From Candidatus Margulisiibacteriota bacterium (GTDB lineage: Bacteria; Margulisbacteria; Termititenacia; Termititenacales; Termititenacaceae): a DNA stretch of 39,052 nucleotides. Below, one piece after another: positions 26,761 to 33,386 of the stretch. The position numbers and the translations under genes were made by a program. Below the pieces are notes generated by a model. That model made no database searches and was not told where the DNA came from. It saw only the letters and a list, made by a program, of their open reading frames with translations. Numbering within the stretch: the first letter of the stretch is position 1; each line of letters starts with the position of its first letter. The DNA is taken from contig JAIRWS010000040.1 of assembly GCA_031268855.1 (NCBI GenBank), forward strand, positions 1 through 39,052. The letters run 5' to 3'.

Positions 26761-26942
26761 TATAAACAACAATTACACACGCGTTTAATATCCTTTTATT
26801 TATTTTGACAGCGCTTCTTTTCTAAAATCTAGCATTTATTGCAGAAGCATGTCAATAGCAATTATTTATCATCAGTTGGCCGCCAGTGTTGCATTTTTTA
26901 GCCTGATTACACATTTTGATTTTATCTGCTAAAATAAACCAT

Positions 26943-27371
26943 ATGTCTATGAGGTTACATACATACCCATCAGGAATAAGCAATTTCTCTTGGGGGCAGG
27001 CAAGGCCATCTGTTCGGAATATTCAGTATTCGCCGGAACTTTCAACATCAACAATAGAACAGAGAGTTGAGAAATTTCAAAAAAACTGCGCGGAAAAATA
27101 TTCGCTGGCCATCGCGCAAATAAAAAAAGATTTTGGCTGGGATTTGCCTGAGGATGAGCAGAACGAGAACGATTATCAAATCGCTTACCAGGCGGATTGG
27201 TATGAGTATGCTCTAGCACAGCCGCTCAAAAATACGATATTTCTTAACATGCACAGCGCGGAGCAGAAAATTCGCGCTCTAACCGCATGGGAAGAAAAAA
27301 TACAGGATTTTATTCGGAACTTCGAGGAGGGTCCCGCCGACCGCAAGCAAAACAGCGTTAGGGAGAAATAG
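26943..27371 (+). CDS. Hypothetical protein (no recognisable family)
   Basis: ORF 26916..27371 in the track. The first ATG is at 26943 (MSMRLHTYPSG) and no clear Shine-Dalgarno precedes it. Its 3' end overlaps the convergent 85-aa ORF by 14 nt. Confidence 0.4.
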   Translation: MSMRLHTYPSGISNFSWGQARPSVRNIQYSPELSTSTIEQRVEKFQKNCAEKYSLAIAQIKKDFGWDLPEDEQNENDYQIAYQADWYEYALAQPLKNTIFLNMHSAEQKIRALTAWEEKIQDFIRNFEEGPADRKQNSVREK

Positions 27372-27615
27372 CATTATTTATAAAATCTCTTAGCCTGTCC
27401 ATCTCCCGCTCCAGTTTAGCCAATTCCGCCGCGCTATTCCTGTAGAGTCTAAAAGCAGATCTAACCGTATTCACCATAATGTTCAATTCCTGGCTGTAGT
27501 TAGAGATCATTGCTACCTGCGCCTGACCGCCGTCAATCCACGAGTGCCATTCTGATGACAGGCGCTGATATTTTTCCTGCAACTGGGCATCATTAGCTAT
27601 CATTTTACAAAACAC
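27358..27615 (-). CDS. Hypothetical small helical protein
   Basis: 85 aa. GTG start with GGGGGAG 4 nt upstream. The sequence suggests two long helices. No family recognised. Confidence 0.35.
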   Translation of the reverse strand: MFCKMIANDAQLQEKYQRLSSEWHSWIDGGQAQVAMISNYSQELNIMVNTVRSAFRLYRNSAAELAKLEREMDRLRDFINNAISP

Positions 27616-27684
27616 GCAGCTCCCCCGGCCAGGCTAAATTATTACTGTTCCGTGTATTCACCGCTAATTCTTTACAGCGCGGTA

Positions 27685-28182
27685 TTAACGGTAATTTGTA
27701 AACGTCAGAGCAAGCCCCAGGCTGCCGCTTGCGCCACGCAAAGCCTGAATGACTTTTTGCAGATCGTCCTTGTTTTTGCCGGAAACGCGCACGGCCTCGC
27801 CCTGTATTTGGGAATTAACTTTTAATTTTAAATCTTTAATATACTGATTTAGCTCTTTGGCTTTTTCGCGGTCAATGCCTTTTTTGATTTTTACATTCTG
27901 CTTGACCGTCCCGCCCAGCGCGTCCTCGGTCTTTTGGCCAAAATCAAAAAACGCCAGATCCACGCCCTGCTTGATCGCCTTTTGTTTGAAAATATCGAGC
28001 ATCGCGCCGACTTTGTAATCATCCTCGGCTTTAAACAGCAACTCGAGATTGTTTAATTCGATAGAAGCGGCGCTCCCGCGAAAATCATAACGCGCGGCAA
28101 TTTCTTTGCGCGCCGTATTCAGCGCGTTATTGATGAGCTGCAGATCCGGCTCGGAAACCACATCAAAAGAACTATCCGCCAT
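27685..28182 (-). CDS. yajQ: YajQ-family nucleotide (cyclic-di-GMP)-binding protein (UPF0234)
   Basis: 165 aa. SFDVVSEPDLQLINNALNTARKEIAARYDFRGS is the typical YajQ N-terminus. Confidence 0.88.
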   Translation of the reverse strand: MADSSFDVVSEPDLQLINNALNTARKEIAARYDFRGSAASIELNNLELLFKAEDDYKVGAMLDIFKQKAIKQGVDLAFFDFGQKTEDALGGTVKQNVKIKKGIDREKAKELNQYIKDLKLKVNSQIQGEAVRVSGKNKDDLQKVIQALRGASGSLGLALTFTNYR

Positions 28183-28194
28183 AAGTAAATTATA

Positions 28195-28239
28195 TCACAA
28201 AATTATTGTCCGGCTGCCGCAGACGAACAGCCAGTCATA
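28195..28239 (-). pseudogene. Displaced duplicate of the purU 3' terminus (14 codons + stop)
   Basis: The minus strand reads YDWLFVCGSRTIIL-stop, against HDRLFVCGKRTIIL-stop at the real purU end. 28201..28238 is 33 of 38 nt identical to 28935..28972. Confidence 0.85.
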
Positions 28240-28275
28240 AACATGTTATGTTATAATTATAGGCGAGGTGTTCTA

Positions 28276-28542
28276 GTGCGCGAAGTGAGTTTTACTAATT
28301 TTTCTCAGAATTTACAAAAGTATCTGGGAAATACAGAGGCGGATAATGTGACTATCGCCAAAAATGGAGTGCCCGTATTGAGGATTGTTATGGATGACGC
28401 ATACCATAAAAACAAATTAGTCAAACCAGAAAATAATCAGGTTTCCATATCTCAGCAATTACTTGGCGTAGCGGCAGGCATCAACATGTCTTTAGAGGAA
28501 TTAAAAGCTGAGCGCCTAGCTAAATATGAACATACTGCTTGA
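28276..28542 (+). CDS. Phd/YefM-like antitoxin (partner of the PIN toxin)
   Basis: Start taken at GTG 28276, which has GAGGTG 5 nt upstream; a TATAAT at 28252..28257 lies inside the longer track ORF. N-terminal VSFTNFSQNLQKYL...VTIAKNGVPVLRIV resembles Phd/YefM. Overlaps the PIN gene by 17 nt. Confidence 0.6.
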   Translation: MREVSFTNFSQNLQKYLGNTEADNVTIAKNGVPVLRIVMDDAYHKNKLVKPENNQVSISQQLLGVAAGINMSLEELKAERLAKYEHTA

Positions 28543-28939
28543 TACAAACATTATTCTGGATGTACTGCTAAAACGTTCTCCGTTTTATATTGAGGCTCTA
28601 AAGATTTTTGAACTGGCGGAAACTGGCAAAATAAATGGTTTTATTTCCGCAACAACATTTACCGATATTTATTACCTCGTGCGTAAGGCGGTTGGCAATA
28701 AAAACGTACAAAAAATTTTACACCAGCTTACAACCATTTTTACAATTTTAGCAGTGGCCGAGCCGGAAATTTTGAACGCTCTTAATTTGCAATGGAAAGA
28801 TTTTGAAGATGCGGTGCAATATGCAACTGCGCTGGGCGCTCAAATGGACGGCATTGTCAGCCGCAATAAACAGGATTATCAGAACAGCAAAATTCCGTTG
28901 TACGAACCAGCGGAATTTTTACAAAAAACTATAGAATAA
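28526..28939 (+). CDS. vapC: PIN-domain ribonuclease toxin (VapC family)
   Basis: 137 aa. N-terminal ILLDTNIILDVLL with the first PIN acidic residue. Later acidic positions occur in ...TDIYY... and ...FEDAVQ.... Confidence 0.8.
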   Translation: MNILLDTNIILDVLLKRSPFYIEALKIFELAETGKINGFISATTFTDIYYLVRKAVGNKNVQKILHQLTTIFTILAVAEPEILNALNLQWKDFEDAVQYATALGAQMDGIVSRNKQDYQNSKIPLYEPAEFLQKTIE

Positions 28940-29738
28940 TTGTCCTCTTGCCGCAGACGAACAGCCGGTCATGCAGAAAACAGCGCGCGGCTGCGGACAA
29001 AACCTGTCTTTCCAGATCGCGGCCTTTGGTGATCAGATCCGCGACCGTGTCGCGGTGGGAGATCTGCGCGACGTTTTGCTGAATGATCGGCCCTTGATCC
29101 AGATCCGCGGTGGCAAAATGCGCTGTCGCGCCGATGATCTTCACGCCGCGCTGGTAGGCCTGATGATACGGCTTCGCGCCTTTGAAAGCCGGCAGGAACG
29201 AATGATGAACGTTAATTATCTTATACGGATAAGCCTTGATGAACGCCGGACTTAAGATCTGCATGTAACGCGCCAGAATTATTAGATCCGCTTTTTTGGC
29301 TTTGAGCAGAGTGAGCTGTTTTTTTTCGTCCTGCGGCAGGCAGTAAAACTCCTGGCCAAAAGTCTCGGCGACATAGCGCAAATCCTCATGATTGCTGACG
29401 ATCGCCGCGATGTCGCAATTCAATTCGCCGCTTTTGTTGCGCAGCAGCAGATCATATAAACAATGGTCGTATTTGGAAACAAAAATCACCGCGCGTTTTT
29501 TTTGATCGGAAAAAGAAACCGCGATATCGCCGAATTTTTTTAAAGCGCCGGGGATTTTTTCGCGCGGCAGTTTGAAACCAGCAAGGTCCCACTCCAGCCG
29601 CATGAAAAACCGCCTGGCCGCCGGATCGGTGTATTGGTCGAGATTGACTATATTGCCGTTATTTTGCGCGATAAAATTTGTTACGGCGGCGACAATGCCG
29701 CGGCGGTCACGGCAGGTCAGCCTCAGTATGGCGTTCAC
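28929..29738 (-). CDS. purU: Formyltetrahydrofolate deformylase
   Basis: ACT domain (ILRLTCRDRRGIVAAVTNFIAQNNGNIV) plus formyltransferase core (INVHHSFLPAFKGAKPY). Likely start is GTG at 29738, with GGAGA 7 nt upstream, overlapping the dapB TGA stop (GTGA). The track ORF extends to 29819. Confidence 0.85.
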   Translation of the reverse strand: MNAILRLTCRDRRGIVAAVTNFIAQNNGNIVNLDQYTDPAARRFFMRLEWDLAGFKLPREKIPGALKKFGDIAVSFSDQKKRAVIFVSKYDHCLYDLLLRNKSGELNCDIAAIVSNHEDLRYVAETFGQEFYCLPQDEKKQLTLLKAKKADLIILARYMQILSPAFIKAYPYKIINVHHSFLPAFKGAKPYHQAYQRGVKIIGATAHFATADLDQGPIIQQNVAQISHRDTVADLITKGRDLERQVLSAAARCFLHDRLFVCGKRTIIL

Positions 29739-30469
29739 AGTAGTTTCTCCAAACCATAGAGCAGGCCGATCCGACCGCTGATTTTTTTGCAGGCTAGAAG
29801 CACGCCGGGCATAAAACATTCTCTGTTGATAGTCTCATGGCGCAAGACCAAACGCTGACCCTGCGCGCCCAGCAAGACTTCCTGTGTGGCGACAAAACCG
29901 GGCAGACGCACGGCATGAATACGCACATTGCCGAGGCTTGCCCCCTGCGAACGTTCAGGCAGAAACTCCTTGCTTTCCACCGCTGGCGGATTGGTTTGGC
30001 CAACCGCTTCATTTATTAACTGAGCAGTTTTGAGCGCTGTGCCGGAAGGCGCGTCGGCTTTGTGGTCATGATGATACTCGACGATTTCCACCGCTGGCAT
30101 ATACCGCGCGGCCTGCGCCGCAAACTGCATCATTAGCACCGCGCCAATAGCGAAATTGGGCGCGATGAGCACGCCGCGTTTAAGTTTTTGACTTTCCGCG
30201 TCGATAGCCTTCAGATCGTCCTCGGTGAAACCGGTCGTGCCGATCACCGCCTGTGCGCCGTTATTGATAATCGCGCGGACATTTTCCATCCGCGCGCTCG
30301 GCTGCGTAAAGTCCACCACGATTTGCGCGCCGGATTTTTTTATCGCGCCGGCTAAATCAGCACCGGCATCGGTCTGGCCGACCAGTTCTAATTCCGCGTC
30401 GGCCTGCACCGTGGCGACCACCGTCTGCCCCATTTTGCCTTGCGCGCCATTGACGAGGATTTTTAGCAT
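29735..30469 (-). CDS. dapB: 4-hydroxy-tetrahydrodipicolinate reductase
   Basis: 244 aa. NGAQGKMGQ nucleotide-binding start and EIVEYHHDHKADAPSGTA signature. Confidence 0.92.
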   Translation of the reverse strand: MLKILVNGAQGKMGQTVVATVQADAELELVGQTDAGADLAGAIKKSGAQIVVDFTQPSARMENVRAIINNGAQAVIGTTGFTEDDLKAIDAESQKLKRGVLIAPNFAIGAVLMMQFAAQAARYMPAVEIVEYHHDHKADAPSGTALKTAQLINEAVGQTNPPAVESKEFLPERSQGASLGNVRIHAVRLPGFVATQEVLLGAQGQRLVLRHETINRECFMPGVLLACKKISGRIGLLYGLEKLL

Positions 30470-30654
30470 ACAGCCTCTACAATAGCGATAGTCGTTTCCG
30501 CCGCCTTCGGACTTTTTAATATAGTGGCCAGCATGTACAGGCCTTTTTCGGTAAAAGCGGTGGGTAAAGCAGGAGAAAATTTAAGTTTAGGGTTATCGAA
30601 AATTTCGATAACCTCGTTTTTCTCGACACCGTCATACGGCACAACATTGTTCAT
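30463..30654 (-). pseudogene. ORF6N-family C-terminal fragment (N-terminal DNA-binding half missing)
   Basis: LPTAFTEKGLYMLATILKSPKAAETTIAIVEAV matches the conserved C-terminal block of ORF6N proteins. The part of the 130-aa track ORF upstream of M68 is not ORF6N-like. Its stop overlaps the dapB start by 7 nt. Confidence 0.5.
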
Positions 30655-30850
30655 GAAATTATTATAACACCGAAATATCTTTAAGCCACTTTCATCACAT
30701 AGATGACCGCAAAATATTTTGGTACTATGGGAACAGCTGTCTGCGGACTGCCGCCGCTGAAAGCTGGCTGCCTTTTTCAATAAAATATGGTTCCTCTGCA
30801 AAACTGTCTGTGTAATCGCTGGCCATAAAAATCCCCCTAAATATATTGAT

Positions 30851-30896
30851 GTCATTTGACATAGTCATATGACATCGGCATAGGACATATTATAAT
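30851..30896 (+). promoter_or_regulatory. Promoter with two 10-bp palindromic operator-like sites upstream of the XRE gene
   Basis: GTCATTTGAC (30851..30860) and GTCATATGAC (30864..30873). ATGACA (30869..30874)-16 nt-TATAAT (30891..30896). The ATG at 30910 implies a very short leader. Confidence 0.5.
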
Positions 30897-30909
30897 CTAG
30901 AATTCTGCC

Positions 30910-31164
30910 ATGTCAAGCGGCATTTATAGTTTGAAAGAAGACCTTGGCTTGAAATATGACACCAAAGACATCGGACGCCATATTACCAAATTGCGCCTAC
31001 AGAAAAAACTAAGTATGCACCGGCTGGCTTACGAAGCCTGCGTCGACGCCACAGTGCTCATGCGCATTGAAAAAGGCGAACGGATACCCATGCTGGACAC
31101 TTTGTTAAAAATCATCGATGGGCTGAAAATACTGCCGGCTGATTTTTTTAAAGCGTTTAATTAA
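30910..31164 (+). CDS. XRE-family helix-turn-helix transcriptional regulator
   Basis: 84 aa. LRLQKKLSMHRLAYEACVDATVLMRIEKGERIPMLDTLLKI is HTH_3-like. Confidence 0.8.
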   Translation: MSSGIYSLKEDLGLKYDTKDIGRHITKLRLQKKLSMHRLAYEACVDATVLMRIEKGERIPMLDTLLKIIDGLKILPADFFKAFN

Positions 31165-31927
31165 CAATTATTACCAGGCCGTCATGCGCCAGCCACATAT
31201 TCGGCGGCAGAGTTTTATTCGCCGCCTCATGCTCCAGATTGTGAGCGATATGCGTAAAATAAGTTTGTCGCGCGTCAATGCGCTGCGCCGCGGCGACAGC
31301 CTGCGCCAGCGAGAAATGCGTTGGATGCGGCGTGTCGCGCAGAGCGTCGAGAACTAAAACGTCCAGATTTTTCAGACACGCAAAAGTTCTTTCGGGAATT
31401 TCTGAACAGTCCGTCAGATAAGCAAAGTTATCGATACGCCAGCCAAAAATCTCCAGAAGTCCGTGCTTGATCGGCAGAGCGGTCACGGCAAATCCGCCGA
31501 TATTTATTTCCTGATAATTTTGCAAAATCTGATTGTCCAGAGCTGTGATGCCGCCGCCCGTCTGGCGCGGAGTTTCATACATGTAACGCAGCGTCGTGCG
31601 CAGCTCTTTGTCCGCGTCAGCGGAAAGATAAACCTTAACGCGCTTCCGATATTTGATATTGAAACGGCGAAATTCATCAAGGCCGAAAACATGGTCGGCG
31701 TGCGTGTGTGTGATCAGCACATTGTCCACATCGAGAATATTATGTGTGAGCGCCTGCTGGCGAAAATCGCTCGAGGCGTCGATGAGCAAAGCGGCGTTGT
31801 CTCTTTCCAGCCAGACCGACGAGCGCAGGCGTTTGTTGCGCGGATCATTTGACCGGCAAACCGCGCAATCACAAGCCACCATCGGAACACCATTGGATGT
31901 GCCTGTGCCTAAAAAAGTAACCCGCAT
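31157..31927 (-). CDS. MBL-fold metallo-hydrolase (PhnP-like phosphodiesterase family)
   Basis: Start taken at MRVTFLGTGTSNGVP (31927); the 340-aa track ORF is an upstream extension. Cys cluster CDCAVCRS and HTHADH zinc motif. Confidence 0.8.
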   Translation of the reverse strand: MRVTFLGTGTSNGVPMVACDCAVCRSNDPRNKRLRSSVWLERDNAALLIDASSDFRQQALTHNILDVDNVLITHTHADHVFGLDEFRRFNIKYRKRVKVYLSADADKELRTTLRYMYETPRQTGGGITALDNQILQNYQEINIGGFAVTALPIKHGLLEIFGWRIDNFAYLTDCSEIPERTFACLKNLDVLVLDALRDTPHPTHFSLAQAVAAAQRIDARQTYFTHIAHNLEHEAANKTLPPNMWLAHDGLVIIVN

Positions 31928-31948
31928 AGTGTATACTATAACGCAATC

Positions 31949-32578
31949 ATGCCGGAGATTAAACTTTTTATCTTTGACGTCGACCACACGATCACCGCCG
32001 GCACGACAATCTGGGAACAGCTGCATCAAGAATGCGGCACATGGGAGACCAACGGCCGGCTTTATCTCCAGCAGTTTCTGGCGCAGGAAATAAATTTTGA
32101 CGAATTTTCCCGCCGTGACGCGCGGTGCTGGGCAGGCCGCGGCCTTTACCATCTGCGGCGCGCGCAAAACAAAATACAACTCACGGCAGGTTTCCCCGAG
32201 TTAATACAGGAATTGCACAAACGCAATATCACCACCGCGATTATTTCCTCGACGGTCGGGCAATTTGCGGAGCATCTCACGCGGACTTACGGGATAGATC
32301 ATTGTTACGCCAATCCGCTGGGGCTAAAAGACAATGTCCTGGACGGGACGATAGACCTGCGCGTCAAGGGCGAAGCCAAAGGAATTTTTGCCAAAGGTTT
32401 GGCCAAAAAATTAAATTTACAAAAAAATGAAATCGCCGCGGCGGGTGACTCGCGTTTCGATCTGCCGATGTTCGAGCACGCGGAACATTCGTTCATTTTG
32501 CAAAATGAAAAATTTAAGGACGCCTGCAAATATTTTGTGCAGGATTTTTTTGAGGTTCTGAAACTGCTGGATTTTTGA
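31949..32578 (+). CDS. HAD-superfamily hydrolase (HAD-IB / SerB-like phosphatase)
   Basis: 209 aa. Motif I FIFDVDHTIT, a later SS(T) motif, and GDSRFD motif IV. Confidence 0.8.
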   Translation: MPEIKLFIFDVDHTITAGTTIWEQLHQECGTWETNGRLYLQQFLAQEINFDEFSRRDARCWAGRGLYHLRRAQNKIQLTAGFPELIQELHKRNITTAIISSTVGQFAEHLTRTYGIDHCYANPLGLKDNVLDGTIDLRVKGEAKGIFAKGLAKKLNLQKNEIAAAGDSRFDLPMFEHAEHSFILQNEKFKDACKYFVQDFFEVLKLLDF

Positions 32579-32604
32579 GAAACCATAATGCCAGTAAACT
32601 TTAA

Positions 32605-33006
32605 TTATTTATTCAAGTTCTCCTCCCGTACTGCAACTATTGGAGTAAAATTTTTGACTCGTTCGGCATATTTGACCGCATGCTCAACATTTTTCTCCGT
32701 AATATCCATTTCATAGGGATAACGCGGCTGTACGCCAAATTGCGTCAAAAAACCGCAAATACCAGCCAATTCGTCGAAAGATTTATCTTTTTCTGAGCAC
32801 AAAGCGCAAAGCTCATCTAACTCATGGGTTTTAGGCGGGCGAACATTTCTAGCTATTAAATAACCTTTCAAATATTTTTCTGCGGCTTGTTCGCAATGAT
32901 AACAAATAATTTCATAATGCCTGGGACGCATCTTGCGCAACAATTGAGCCGTGTCTAAATCGGCATCGGCAAAAGACCACCATTCAGAGCTGTTTTCAGC
33001 TGCCAT
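32605..33006 (-). CDS. HEPN-domain protein (toxin partner of MNT), copy 2
   Basis: Start taken at MAAENSSEWW (33006). HCEQAAEKYLKGYL...KTHELDEL...QPRYPY. Overlaps the upstream NTase gene by 11 nt. Confidence 0.75.
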   Translation of the reverse strand: MAAENSSEWWSFADADLDTAQLLRKMRPRHYEIICYHCEQAAEKYLKGYLIARNVRPPKTHELDELCALCSEKDKSFDELAGICGFLTQFGVQPRYPYEMDITEKNVEHAVKYAERVKNFTPIVAVREENLNK

Positions 33007-33319
33007 AAATTTTAATTCCCTCTGTGGCAATAATATTTTCCAAAGATAGTTCGGCTTTACGCCGCTCAAAAACACTTTTTCTGCCGATCAACAAATCCAA
33101 CGGGATCGTTTTTTTCTTATAAAGCGTGGCGCGGATTTTTGCGCCAAGTTCAACGGTGTCTGTTTCCGCATCGGGAACAACCACATAAATATCCAAATCG
33201 CTGTCATCTCTCGGCTGACCGCCGGCATAAGACCCAAAAAGATATATCGCCTCCGCCGGTGTGCTGGCTATTACCGAGTTTGTAATCAGATCAATCTCTT
33301 TTTTTACAGCATCTAACAT
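32996..33319 (-). CDS. Minimal nucleotidyltransferase (MNT antitoxin-type), copy 2
   Basis: 107 aa. LFGSYAGGQPRDDSDLDIYVVV. Confidence 0.8.
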   Translation of the reverse strand: MLDAVKKEIDLITNSVIASTPAEAIYLFGSYAGGQPRDDSDLDIYVVVPDAETDTVELGAKIRATLYKKKTIPLDLLIGRKSVFERRKAELSLENIIATEGIKIYGS

Positions 33320-33386
33320 AGAAATATTTTAACATACTGCGTCGTTATTAAATATTATAACGATCTGGTTTTGTTCTAACGTTTTT

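Noticed and set aside
27358-27615. Considered the 85-aa helical protein as a WXG100/ESAT-6-like secretion substrate, because of SWIDGG near a predicted helix break.
   Set aside because: The motif is W-x-x-G rather than W-x-G, and it lies too close to the N-terminus for the symmetric helical hairpin. No type VII secretion genes are nearby.
31928-32179. N-terminal extensions in the ORF track: MBL hydrolase to 32179, ribH to 39026, HEPN genes to 25753 and 33075, purU to 29819, fibre-like gene from 18418, antitoxin from 28243.
   Set aside because: In each case the family-typical N-terminus begins at an internal start codon. In most cases that start has a better RBS or an overlap-coupled context. 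The extension would overlap a neighbouring gene or promoter.
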